Positions 28,869 through 38,958 of a stretch of DNA of 64,000 nt are shown in pieces. Position numbers and translations under genes: made by a program. Every line of letters starts with the position of its first letter. The stretch's first letter is position 1. The stretch covers positions 1 to 64,000 of the forward strand of contig NJBH01000004.1 of assembly GCA_005223125.1 (NCBI GenBank), in the 5' to 3' direction. This DNA comes from Promethearchaeota archaeon Loki_b32 (GTDB taxonomy: Archaea; Asgardarchaeota; Lokiarchaeia; Sigyniarchaeales; SOKP01). The notes beneath the pieces were generated by a model. It saw only the letters and a program-made list of their open reading frames with translations, searched no databases and was not told the DNA's origin.

Positions 28869-30305
28869 TTAGAAAAAGATATCCATGAAGTCTAAGTTTT
28901 CTAAATCCATAAGATTGTTTTGTATGAATTTTGTAGTCAAGTCCTTTAAAATTTTTGACTTGATTATATCTATGTAGTTTTTAAATTTAGTTAAGATTTG
29001 ATCTATTTCATTTTTTATTACCTGAGAAGGATTAATTGGCCTGTAAAAATTTTGGTATTTAAATATCCATTTTCTCTGTTTTAATTTTTTAATAATGTTA
29101 TATATTATTTCTGGTTTTAGTTTCATAATGTCACGTAACATAAATAAATCAGCTTCTCCTATGGATAAGAGTGTAGTGTAGGTTTTTACTTCAAGTTTAG
29201 TGACATCAAAAAATTTTAATGCAGAATAAATCTTATCGCTAGTTTCTGTCATTTGCATTTTCTTCTTTTTGGAAGCCTTCTTGATTTTATTAGGATCTAT
29301 ATTATTTGAAATTATTATTTTTCTTCGAGTTAAAGCATCATTAAAGAGTCGTTGACCCTCTTCAGTACGAATAATAACACTATTCCAATTATCACTCGGG
29401 ACACCTACACTACCTATTGAGATGTCAGCGAAGTAAGCAGTATAATCTTTGCAATGTTCACAGCTTGAATAATGATATCTGTTTGTATCTTTTATTGAGA
29501 TTTCTTTCATTGTTCCATTATTTAAATAAACAATAAACTTACCATGAGAAACATCAATTTTTTTAATTTCGCCAAGAGAGATTCCAATTAAATCTTTAAT
29601 TAGGGTGTACATTGAATCATATGAATAATTAGATGAACAAAATAATCCAATAATTAATTTGAAATTACCATATTTATCTGAAAGAGGTGGCCATAGTTGA
29701 AATTTTCGTACCGCTTGAATTTGACATGGCAAACCGACAAATCCAAGATTTTCAATTTTGTATTTGCATACTGCATCTTTATATGTACTTAAAGTTGGAA
29801 CCATAGCATATATTGACCCTGCAGCGTTCCTTACTTCTTCTGGAGATCTTGCTATGAAGGGTTTAGGGTGCCATCTTTCATCCTTATTAGCCATCAGAAC
29901 TCCATCTATTAATCCTGTATCTAAGGCATGAAGAAGTAAACTAGTAACCACTCCACCATTTTGGGCGTTTTTTAAAATATTATTATCAGTACTTCTAGCG
30001 GCAGTTATTTTTTGATAATATCCTAAAAGAGAGTCTTTTTGAATTCTTTCTTTAAAAATTTCCTTTTCAAAAAAATTTCTTGGAAAAAAAGTTCTTGTAC
30101 AATATTTAAAACATAATGAACATTCTGGGTCATAATCTATTAGCGTTGGTTTATTTTCTTCAATGCCAATACGAGGACATATAGAGAGACAAGCTCCACA
30201 GTTCACACAATTTTGTTTACTTATAACTAAATCAAATAAATCTTGAAATCCATAAGATGAAATATCACATTGCAAATATTCAATCATTTGTTCTTTAGTT
30301 ATCAT
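28869..30305 (-). CDS. FrhB-family F420-binding Fe-S flavoprotein fused to C-terminal TrmB-like winged HTH
   Basis: CVNCGAC, AQNGGVVT, GLPCQI, GLFC, CEHCKDYTAYFADISIG; tail LKFFDVTKLEVKTYTTLL…IYNIIKKLKQRKWI…YRPINP is TrmB-like. Confidence 0.82.
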   Translation of the reverse strand: MITKEQMIEYLQCDISSYGFQDLFDLVISKQNCVNCGACLSICPRIGIEENKPTLIDYDPECSLCFKYCTRTFFPRNFFEKEIFKERIQKDSLLGYYQKITAARSTDNNILKNAQNGGVVTSLLLHALDTGLIDGVLMANKDERWHPKPFIARSPEEVRNAAGSIYAMVPTLSTYKDAVCKYKIENLGFVGLPCQIQAVRKFQLWPPLSDKYGNFKLIIGLFCSSNYSYDSMYTLIKDLIGISLGEIKKIDVSHGKFIVYLNNGTMKEISIKDTNRYHYSSCEHCKDYTAYFADISIGSVGVPSDNWNSVIIRTEEGQRLFNDALTRRKIIISNNIDPNKIKKASKKKKMQMTETSDKIYSALKFFDVTKLEVKTYTTLLSIGEADLFMLRDIMKLKPEIIYNIIKKLKQRKWIFKYQNFYRPINPSQVIKNEIDQILTKFKNYIDIIKSKILKDLTTKFIQNNLMDLENLDFMDIFF

Positions 30306-30758
30306 TTTTCAACATTTTATTTATTTTTTTGAATTATTGTTTATGATAATAATACTTCTAAATTCATCATATATATTATATTATTACGTATATAAAAATG
30401 ATCGATAAGGAAAAACTTTTATATTGAGAAATAATATATGGTTATTGAAAAGAATAGTTCTATTTTAGATTTTAAATACCAACCCTTAACCTAACATTTT
30501 AAACCCTTGCTAGGAGTGGAAAATAAATAGTTCATGACCTAATTTATTTGAATAAATAGAACTAATCTTTTCTTCTCCATTTTATTAAATAAGATAGAAA
30601 AATTAGAAAAAGAAATAGAAAAAAAATTTAAAACACAAAAAAATAAAGTAGATCTCTGTGAATTACCTTTATGGGGAATCAAACAAAAAGAATTTTCTAA
30701 ACCTAAATCATAAAAAAAATTATAAAAAGCGTAATAAATAAATGTGGAGTAATTTGAA

Positions 30759-30968
30759 ATGAATTTGGTAGAAAAAAAAGTGCTAAGCATAGAAGATATT
30801 GTTTTAAAAAAAGAGTATAAAAAATCTACCTTTCAATGGCGATATAAAAAGAAGCTTGATAAGATGCTAAAAAGAATACATAATAAAATTCTTGAAAACA
30901 ACGCAGAAAGATATAATGTTAAAAATGTTAAATTTCAAATAAAAAAGAGTGAAAATTTAAAAGGATAA
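30759..30968 (+). CDS. Small basic hypothetical protein
   Basis: GGAG RBS; homologous degenerate copy at 28516. Confidence 0.55.
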   Translation: MNLVEKKVLSIEDIVLKKEYKKSTFQWRYKKKLDKMLKRIHNKILENNAERYNVKNVKFQIKKSENLKG

Positions 30969-31042
30969 TATTGGATAATGTATGAATTCTAGTAAAAGTA
31001 ATGTTTTTGGGATGGATTTTTTATTATATTATATAAAATTAT

Positions 31043-31192
31043 TCATTCTTTACCACATCTCCTATAGATTTCAGTATTGCTCAATTTTCTCCCTCTGTGT
31101 AGTTCATTAATATTCTCTTGGAGATCTTTCAATTATTCTACCGAAATGGTAAGATAATTATATTCAAAATCCATATTACTACCACTATACAT
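31043..31192 (-). pseudogene. 5' remnant paralogous to the 4Fe-4S protein at 34738-35661
   Basis: MYSGSNMDFEYNYLTISVE*LKDLQENINELHRGRKLSNTEIYR vs MYNGKNIDFEYKYSTISVEHLEELQKDIDKLRREGKLSNNEVYR. Confidence 0.8.
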
Positions 31193-31491
31193 AAATGCCT
31201 TCCTTTTTACTCTTAGAGCTTAATTTTAAATTTTAAAAATATTTTGGACTTTTCTTCAAAGAATTTTATTATTCTTATTAAAAAAGAATCCTAAATAATC
31301 ATGAAAAAGACATAACTAAATATTCGAATGAAGTTCGTTTGATTTTATGTTGTCCGAAATATCTTCGCTTTGATGTCATAATAATAGGATGATATTCGAC
31401 ACATTTATAAATATTAGATAACATATATAAAATGAAGAGATACAATCTAATCAATTAAAATAAAAAGATTAAAACTGAATTTTATTCGAAA

Positions 31492-31911
31492 ATGCTAGAA
31501 AGAAAAAAAAAGGATCAGATGAAATTTGTTTATCCAGAAGCTTTAGTTACTACTGATGAAATTAAAGTTTATGGAGAGGTAGAGGAAGAATTATTAACCG
31601 AAACAAATCCATTTGAAATGGCAAAAAGACAAGTCGACATTGTTGCCGAAAAGATGGGACTAAATGATAATATCAAAAAATATCTTAAAAGAGTAGAACG
31701 TTCCTTAATCGTATCGATTCCAATTAAGATGGTTGATGGAAGTATCGAGATATTCTAGGGTTATAGAGTACATCACTCAACCGTTCGGGACCCTGGAAAA
31801 GGAGGTATAAGATTTGCTCCAAATGTTAATCTTGATGAAGTTAAAGCATTAGCCACTTGGATGACTTGAAAATGTAGCTTATTAAAGTTACCTCTTGGAG
31901 GAGCAAAAGGG
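31492..31911 (+). pseudogene. gdhA: Glutamate dehydrogenase 5' fragment with two nonsense codons, truncated
   Basis: [22 protein letters not shown]…[24 protein letters not shown] then homology is lost; TAG 31756, TGA 31867 (Trp site). Confidence 0.88.
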
Positions 31912-32062
31912 CATTATGGTGATTATTATCGTATATTATACAGAATGAAATCATTGGAATCGAAGAATATTCATCCATTTTAAAACTAGAAATATTGCTC
32001 ATTTTAAGCTTATAAAAAGAAAATAAATAATTTTAAGGGAAAATTTATAAAAAATTTACGTG

Positions 32063-32854
32063 TTATAAAAAGAATATTTTTACAAATGAAAATATACCTA
32101 TTCCAAATGCATATAAGGGTATAAAATATTTCCAGATTTTATTAGGGATAACTCTTACTAAATAAGGGGCACAAAGAGCAGCAAAGAATCCTCCTGTAAA
32201 TAATGATGGAAGAAGTACAAGATCTACTTCAACACCGGCAAAACTTATTAAAATGAATGTTAAAATCCCTACAATTGAGACAATCGATTCTGCAAAAGAC
32301 ACGATTGCCGTAGCGCTCTTTTCATAAACTCCAGAAAAAATTAGGCCCATAGTAATGACTGGACCATAACCACCCCCTCCAATCCCTTTATTAAAACCTG
32401 CTAATGCAGAAAAGCCTATTAACATCTTTGGGTGTGTTTTTAAGCTCTCAATTTTCCTTAATTTTATTCTGATAAAGCCTGAAATGCCCATAAAAATGAC
32501 CAAGATTGCAACATAAATCTTAATTACTATATCAGGAAATTTAAATGTGTAATAACCTAGAAGAATTGAGGTTAATATAGCTAAACATCCAAAAAACGCC
32601 ATGATTAGAGCAATTTTAGTAGCATCATTTAATGGACGAAAAGAATAACGGACGTTCTTGAATTCATGATCAAAAATCGTATCAGTTATCCCAGTTATTG
32701 CCTCTGAAATTAAGATTACGGGAACTATTTGAAGAGGAGTGTATCCTAATAGGAATAATAATGGTGATAATGCTGTTCCAAAACCCATACCTGCCATAGA
32801 ATCCATAGATTCAAATAAAAATGCCAATAAAATTATGAGTAAGATTAATTCCAT
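32063..32854 (-). CDS. TauE/SafE sulfite-exporter family membrane protein (upstream in-frame segment from 33022 separated by TAG at 32867-32869)
   Basis: DSMAGMGFG, KGIGGGGYGP repeats; TM helices. Confidence 0.85.
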   Translation of the reverse strand: MELILLIILLAFLFESMDSMAGMGFGTALSPLLFLLGYTPLQIVPVILISEAITGITDTIFDHEFKNVRYSFRPLNDATKIALIMAFFGCLAILTSILLGYYTFKFPDIVIKIYVAILVIFMGISGFIRIKLRKIESLKTHPKMLIGFSALAGFNKGIGGGGYGPVITMGLIFSGVYEKSATAIVSFAESIVSIVGILTFILISFAGVEVDLVLLPSLFTGGFFAALCAPYLVRVIPNKIWKYFIPLYAFGIGIFSFVKIFFL

Positions 32855-33296
32855 ATTATTAGTGCCCTACAGGAAAAAATAGAATAATATCATTATTAGA
32901 GAATAACAAAACAAAGCAATGCCAATTTTTTTAATAGAATTTTTTTCTACTTTCATTCTCTCAATAATTGGTTTTTCATCTAATTCACGTGCTTCTTTGC
33001 CAATTTCCCTGTTTATTGACATTTTTATTTACTCGATCTTTTAATTATGGGTCATTAATTATCATTAAGTATAGTTAAATATAATAACAATTTGTTATAT
33101 AAAGATTATGTTTTTTCAGCAGTAATAAATTTAAACGGATATTGTCCGATGATTCCCACTTTTTTCCGAATTCAATCCGAAACATTTAGATGTTATATTT
33201 TATAAATATTATATGGTAAGAGAAGAAAAAAATAATCTAATAAAAAAACTTTATATTGAATTATTCAATAAAAAATAAATTTAGGGGTGGTATTTA

Positions 33297-33620
33297 ATGT
33301 CAAAAGTAAAATCTCCTGAAGAAGCATATCAAAAAAATGAAAAAAAATCATTAATAATTATTGAATTGACTAAAGATTTAAAAATGGAAATCAAACACTT
33401 TTATCAACATTTATTAAACAGTTATTTTCCATTTGATGCTTTATGTTGGGCTCTTGTAGAACTCCAATTAATTTTTGAAAAAGGTTCCAAAAAATATTCT
33501 GAAAGTGATATTAAAAAAAGAGCTGAGAAATTTCTTGATTCAGACCTAGATTATGATACTCTCTGCTGGCTTATTTCGAGTTTTAAGACATATCTTGAAG
33601 AGATTAAATTATATCCCTAA
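33297..33620 (+). CDS. Hypothetical protein with internal repeat
   Basis: FDALCWAL and YDTLCWLI repeats; GGGGTGG RBS. Confidence 0.7.
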   Translation: MSKVKSPEEAYQKNEKKSLIIIELTKDLKMEIKHFYQHLLNSYFPFDALCWALVELQLIFEKGSKKYSESDIKKRAEKFLDSDLDYDTLCWLISSFKTYLEEIKLYP

Positions 33621-33654
33621 CAACTACAGATTCCTAATATTTTGAGGTGGCAAT

Positions 33655-34041
33655 ATGATTGAGGTATTAAATAAGAATAATAAAAGAATTGGATTTATCG
33701 AGGGAGAAAAATGCTTCAATAAAAAGCATAAATTAATAGGTTATTTAGAGGGAAATGAAGTTAAAAACAAAGAAGGGAATGTTTTTTTTAAGCTAGATAA
33801 ACATAATGCTGTTTTTATGGGAAATGATCAAGTAGGGTTTATTTATAATTCTGTGATATATTTTAGAGAACAACCAGTATTTGAAGTTTTAAAAGAAAAA
33901 AAAGAGATTTATACTTCAGATCAAAAGAAAGTATTAAGGTTAATAGGAAAACATGAAAAAGTCGATGATATAGATTTCTTTGCTATTGCGACGCTTTTTC
34001 TTAAATCAAATTGGATGGATATAGTATTCCAACATTATTAA
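33655..34041 (+). CDS. Hypothetical short-beta-repeat (beta-flower-like) protein
   Basis: Repeats NKxxKxIG[FY]xEG; GAGGTGG RBS. Confidence 0.65.
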   Translation: MIEVLNKNNKRIGFIEGEKCFNKKHKLIGYLEGNEVKNKEGNVFFKLDKHNAVFMGNDQVGFIYNSVIYFREQPVFEVLKEKKEIYTSDQKKVLRLIGKHEKVDDIDFFAIATLFLKSNWMDIVFQHY

Positions 34042-34201
34042 TAAATTCAAAATGTATCTCTTTTTTTTTTACTACTTATAGTTAAGGTAATATAAAAAAA
34101 AACATAAAAAAGTGTTATTTGAATTCTATATTTTGATGTTTTTACGTTATTAATAATCTGATTTTATACTTCCTAAATTTATACCTTTAAATCTTTTTAG
34201 C

Positions 34202-34291
34202 AATGAAAGTAAAGAGGAAAAATGTGGAAATATTTGTAAAAATTGTGAAGCATATTTAGATGGTAAATGTGAGGGTTGTGGTAATTTTTAA
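34202..34291 (+). pseudogene. DUF3795-like Cys-rich remnant
   Basis: KCGNICKNCEAYLDGKCEGCG then stop; nearby ATG (34203) out of frame. Confidence 0.5.
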
Positions 34292-34317
34292 TTCTCTTAA
34301 TTGGATTTTAATCGAAT

Positions 34318-34689
34318 TTGGGTAAATTTAGAAGAAATTTTAAAATAATTAAATTTGCGGCGGTTGTTATTAAAAGCCAAATTGAAAAAGAAAAGAAAAC
34401 AATTGAAATAATGATTCAAATGTATTGTAGAAAGTTACATAATCCTGAAAATCAAATTTGTCAGTCTTGTTTAGTACTTTATGAGTATGCTGAAAAAAGA
34501 TTAGAAAATTGCCAATTTGGTGAAAATAAACCTACGTGCAAAAATTGCCATATTCATTGTTATAAACCAGATATGCGAGAAGAAATTCGGAAAGTTATGC
34601 GTTATGCTGGTCCTTGAAGGATTTATTCTCATCCCATAAAGGGTTTTCATCATCTCTTTAAAAAATTTAAAAAAATTGAAGAGTTATAA
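34318..34689 (+). pseudogene. YgbA (nitrous-oxide-stimulated promoter family) protein interrupted by TGA
   Basis: EKKTIEIMIQMYC…KPTCKNCHIHCYKP…MRYAGP*RIYSHP; TGA 34615-34617 at the usual Arg. Confidence 0.7.
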
Positions 34690-34737
34690 TATTCAGTTAT
34701 TGATGATTGTTTTAAATCAAGCTCTATTTTAATGCAT

Positions 34738-35661
34738 TTAATTTATAAGAATAGCTAAATTTCTTTTAATAACGGGAAGTATTTTATCTGCATTAGAAGG
34801 AGAGAACATTTTGAGCTTTTTAGATAAAGAATTTACCAATTTTTCATCTCTTTGTCCCTCTAATAATACTTTAGTTTCATTCTCTATAATGTCATCCAAT
34901 TTTTCTGTTAAATTGATTACTTCTTTATTACCTGGGCAAGGTTTTTGGCATCTCATACAGCCTATTAAAGCGTTATGTGCATCAGTAGGAATCCAGTCTG
35001 GAATTATACCTTGAATTTCATTATAAACAGAAATACATTTACTTGCATTAATAACAAAATTTTCATCAGAGATTAATGGGATCGCATTAGTAGGACAATT
35101 ATTAATACAGATTGTACAATTTTCACATTGATGCATCATTTTTATCTCAGTCCAATTATCTTCTTCAAATTGAAAATCTGTAAAAAAAGCAAATAAATTT
35201 ATCATACTACCCCATCCATCAACATAACAAATATTGTTCCTACCATATTTTCCAAGACCACTTCTAACAGCTAACAACTTTACATGAAGTTTGTTAGTAT
35301 ATTCAACTTGATATCCTGGTATCTTTATAATGTCATTTAATATTAAATTCTTGAAATCTTCTAATGTTGTTCCATCATCATAATAATTTGGTGGTATCAT
35401 AATTTCATGAATTTTACGATCTAAATGGAAGTTAACTAACCCTAACTTGCTAAATATTGCAAGTATTATTATCGATTTAGCATTAGGGAGACTTTCAGGG
35501 ATTTCAAACTTTTTAGTATCAATATAACTCCTATAGACTTCATTATTACTCAATTTTCCCTCTCTGCGTAATTTATCGATATCCTTTTGTAGTTCTTCTA
35601 AATGTTCCACAGAAATGGTACTATATTTATATTCAAAATCTATATTCTTGCCATTATACAT
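34738..35661 (-). CDS. QueG/reductive-dehalogenase-like 4Fe-4S double-cluster protein
   Basis: KLLAVRSGLGKYGRNN, CENCTICINNCPT, GCMRCQKPCP. Confidence 0.8.
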   Translation of the reverse strand: MYNGKNIDFEYKYSTISVEHLEELQKDIDKLRREGKLSNNEVYRSYIDTKKFEIPESLPNAKSIIILAIFSKLGLVNFHLDRKIHEIMIPPNYYDDGTTLEDFKNLILNDIIKIPGYQVEYTNKLHVKLLAVRSGLGKYGRNNICYVDGWGSMINLFAFFTDFQFEEDNWTEIKMMHQCENCTICINNCPTNAIPLISDENFVINASKCISVYNEIQGIIPDWIPTDAHNALIGCMRCQKPCPGNKEVINLTEKLDDIIENETKVLLEGQRDEKLVNSLSKKLKMFSPSNADKILPVIKRNLAILIN

Positions 35662-35914
35662 ATATTAATTCCTTTTAATTCTAAAAATCTAATTTGAAAA
35701 TTTAAAAATAGGTAGGACCACTTTTAATATTAAATTTTACTGAAGTTTCTTGTTTTGTTTGAATATTGTCCTTTAAATTCTTAGATTTGATATATTCTAA
35801 CAAATGCAAGTTTTTATATTAGGAACCCGAAATATGATTAAATTAAATTTAATTTTAATTTAAAAAAAAAATACACAGGTTTTGATGAAAAAATACCAAC
35901 TTAATTTGGAGTTT

Positions 35915-36769
35915 TTAAGTTGGAAATTTGATTTTATCCAATGCTATTTCAAAATCTTTCTCTTTCTTTATAAGGACCCCTAAAAATGGCACCCCTTGCT
36001 TTAATTCTTCCATAGTGATACCACTTTTCAATAATACTCCTATCCAATCAAGAAGTTCCGATGTTGATGGCATTTTCCTTAATTTTGTAATAGCTCTTAA
36101 AGCGTAAAAGTGCTGTAAACACTGATTTAATAAATGATCCTTCAAATTAGGATAATGCAATTTACAAATTTCTGCCATAAAATCTTTTGAGGGAAACTCT
36201 ATCCAGTGAAATACACATCTTCTTAGAAACGCGTCGGGAAGTTCCTTCTCATTATTTGAAGTAATAATTACGATCGGTCTAGTTTTTGCTTTCACGAACT
36301 CTTTTGTTTCTTTAACGTAAAACTCCATGACATCCAATTCTTGCAATAAATCGTTAGGAAACTCTATATCTGCTTTATCAATCTCATCTAGCAAGAGAAC
36401 AACTTGTTCATCAGAATCAAAAGCCTCTCCCAAAGGTCCTAGGGATATATAATCATGAATATTATTTACATCTCGATCTTCAGAGCCAAATCTACTATCA
36501 TTTAATCTTTGAACTGTGTCATACATATAGCAGCCATCAATGGCTTCAGCTGTACTTTTAATGTTCCATATTATCAATTTTTTATTTAAACTTTCTGCTA
36601 TAGCATGTGCCAGCATTGTTTTTCCAGTTCCGGGCTCTCCTTTGACTAGTAAGGGTCGAGCAAGAGCTATTGCTACATTTACAATATTTCTAAGCTGTGG
36701 ATCGGCAAGATATTTAATTTTTTCAGTTTTTACATCTCCTTGGAATTTATTAAAACCCATATTACTCAT
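35915..36769 (-). CDS. MoxR-family AAA+ ATPase (CoxD-like)
   Basis: PLLVKGEPGTGKT, LLDEIDKAD, TSNNEKELPDAFLRRC. Confidence 0.92.
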   Translation of the reverse strand: MSNMGFNKFQGDVKTEKIKYLADPQLRNIVNVAIALARPLLVKGEPGTGKTMLAHAIAESLNKKLIIWNIKSTAEAIDGCYMYDTVQRLNDSRFGSEDRDVNNIHDYISLGPLGEAFDSDEQVVLLLDEIDKADIEFPNDLLQELDVMEFYVKETKEFVKAKTRPIVIITSNNEKELPDAFLRRCVFHWIEFPSKDFMAEICKLHYPNLKDHLLNQCLQHFYALRAITKLRKMPSTSELLDWIGVLLKSGITMEELKQGVPFLGVLIKKEKDFEIALDKIKFPT

Positions 36770-36948
36770 AATTAAATGAAATTAATTCAAAATTAAATAA
36801 TTTTTCAATAATGCTTATTCGATTCAATCTAAAAATTCTAAAAACGATTAATTTTAACTAAAAGTGTTATAATGAATTGATATTGATGAGTCTTTTTTCG
36901 ATTTACTAAAATTTAAAAGTTCTCACTTGATTATGGTTTTGAGAAGAC

Positions 36949-37584
36949 ATGACTAGTACAGAAGATGCAACTTTAATAAACATGATCTGTCCGTACTGTA
37001 AAGAGAGTTTCAGAAAGCAAGTAGACTATCAAAAGAAGCAAGGTCTTTTTACAATATTAATAAAAAACCATTCTGATAACTCAGATTGTCCTCCTTTTAT
37101 TGCTTTTATAGATAATAATGGAAAACACAGAGGCTCTCAGAAGATAGATGACGTTGAAACTGAAGAAGAAATCTCTATTAATGACCAACTTCTTGAAGCT
37201 GCTCGAAACCGGATAAATGAATTAAAGGATGATATCCGATTTTATCATTTGAAGGTACCTCGGAGAGGAGGAAGAGGATTTGAGCATAAAGTTGCTAGTG
37301 TTTCGGATAGATCCTTTATGAGCTCTAAATTTTATCAATCTTTAATTGATTTTTTAACGGTTTATGAAGAAGATAATACATTTGGGGCAATTTCGATTGA
37401 AAGCGATACAATTTTTGAAGGAGGACTATTAGTTTATGGTAAATATCTTGGAATGATATATACTATGTTCTGGAAAGAACAAAAATCTCTATTTAGTAAA
37501 TCTTTAGATGACTTGAAAGCAGAAGCTAACCTTACAGTAGAAAAGCTTATAGAATTATATGATATTATGGATTTGTTCTTTTAA
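36949..37584 (+). CDS. Hypothetical protein with N-terminal Zn-binding-like motif
   Basis: CPYC…H…CPPFIAFID pattern; 211-aa ORF. Confidence 0.65.
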   Translation: MTSTEDATLINMICPYCKESFRKQVDYQKKQGLFTILIKNHSDNSDCPPFIAFIDNNGKHRGSQKIDDVETEEEISINDQLLEAARNRINELKDDIRFYHLKVPRRGGRGFEHKVASVSDRSFMSSKFYQSLIDFLTVYEEDNTFGAISIESDTIFEGGLLVYGKYLGMIYTMFWKEQKSLFSKSLDDLKAEANLTVEKLIELYDIMDLFF

Positions 37585-37767
37585 CAAGTCGCTTTATAAG
37601 AAACAACTTCGCATCATTTCTTGGATAATTTCATTATATTACAATCTAGACCTTGAAAATATCTCATTTACTAAAAAAAAAAAAATTTAAATAATCCTAT
37701 TTTATTGTATCATTTGTAATTTTTCTATTAAGTAAAATTAAATACTAAATGAAAAAAAAAAATTATT

Positions 37768-38943
37768 TTAATCTGCTTGACCTAAAATACTAACGCTGCA
37801 AACGCAAAATGCTCCACCAAGATTATGAGCTAATCCTATTTTAGCATCAGGTACTTGTCTTCCTTCAGCTCTTCCTTGAAGTTGTTTTGTTACTTCTTGC
37901 AACATTCTACATCCGGTAGCACCGATTGGATGTCCAAAGGCTTTTAGGCCTCCAGAGGGATTAACCGCAATTTCACCATCCCAATTAAATGTACCATTCT
38001 TTAATTCTTCAGCTGCCATTCCACTATCGCAAAACTTTAAATCTTGACAGTTTAAGAGTTCAGTAATTGTAAAACAATCGTGAACTTCGGCACAATCGAT
38101 CTGTTTTCTAGGATCTATAATCCCTGCTTCCTTATAGGCCATTTCTCCTGCTTTTAGTGTTGCTGGAAAGCTTGTGAATGTATGGGATGGTTGATACCAA
38201 GGAGTATTTGTTTGACAAGATATAGCATTCGCTTTTACAACTATGTAATCGTCTGAATGTGCATAACTTGGAGCATCTTCTACTCTTGTTAAAATCAGTG
38301 CTGCAGCACCATCACTCATAGCACAGCAATCACTACGCCCCAAAGGGTCCGCAATCATAATATCCCTCATTACTTTCTCAATTGTAGTTGGTCTTCGAAA
38401 ATGTGCTTTCGGATGATGAGATCCGTTATCGTGGTTTTTAACAGCAACTCGAGCTAAATCTTCCTTACTCCAACCCCATTCATGAAAAGATCTTGTTGCT
38501 GCCATGCTAAACATTGCAGGGGCAGAAGGTATAGGTAATGTTGGATGACCAAATAAATCAAAACCGGGTAATCCACTAGATGACTCATCCATTAATTTTT
38601 CCACACCACAAGCGAGAACAACATCATAGGCACCACTAGCTAGAGCGAAACAGGCATTTCTGAAAGCATCCATCCCCGAAGCACAATAATTTTCTGTTCT
38701 AGTAATTGGTTTGCCATCTAATCTTAAAGTATCTTCTACTGTAGCTCCTGAAAGTCCTGTAAAGAAATAAAATATTCCAACCCAAACTGCGTCTATCTCA
38801 TCCTTAGTTATCCCCGCGTCTTTATTAGCGCCTTGAACCGCTTCGAAGAGTAAATCATATTGATTTTTGTCCCATAGTTCACCAAATTTTGTTGCATCGC
38901 AACCTATTATAGCAATTTTATCTGCAATTCCTTTTCTAACCAT
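37768..38943 (-). CDS. Thiolase (SCP2/archaeal type acetyl-CoA acetyltransferase)
   Basis: ENYCASG, EVHDCFT, NPSGGLKAFGHPIGATG. Confidence 0.92.
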   Translation of the reverse strand: MVRKGIADKIAIIGCDATKFGELWDKNQYDLLFEAVQGANKDAGITKDEIDAVWVGIFYFFTGLSGATVEDTLRLDGKPITRTENYCASGMDAFRNACFALASGAYDVVLACGVEKLMDESSSGLPGFDLFGHPTLPIPSAPAMFSMAATRSFHEWGWSKEDLARVAVKNHDNGSHHPKAHFRRPTTIEKVMRDIMIADPLGRSDCCAMSDGAAALILTRVEDAPSYAHSDDYIVVKANAISCQTNTPWYQPSHTFTSFPATLKAGEMAYKEAGIIDPRKQIDCAEVHDCFTITELLNCQDLKFCDSGMAAEELKNGTFNWDGEIAVNPSGGLKAFGHPIGATGCRMLQEVTKQLQGRAEGRQVPDAKIGLAHNLGGAFCVCSVSILGQAD

Positions 38944-38958
38944 TTTTTTTCACCTCGT

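Noticed and set aside
31867-31869. TGA in gdh as selenocysteine
   Set aside because: It aligns to the conserved Trp (MTWK); the gene also has a TAG and is truncated, so it is a pseudogene
28651-32869. Three in-frame TAG codons as pyrrolysine or code reassignment
   Set aside because: All lie in a decaying region, one at a Trp site. TAG is used as a true stop elsewhere (e.g. 4964-4966, 12701-12703), and no pyl genes are present in the window
34615-34617. TGA in ygbA-like gene as selenocysteine
   Set aside because: It falls at the usual Arg of GPRM, not a Cys position
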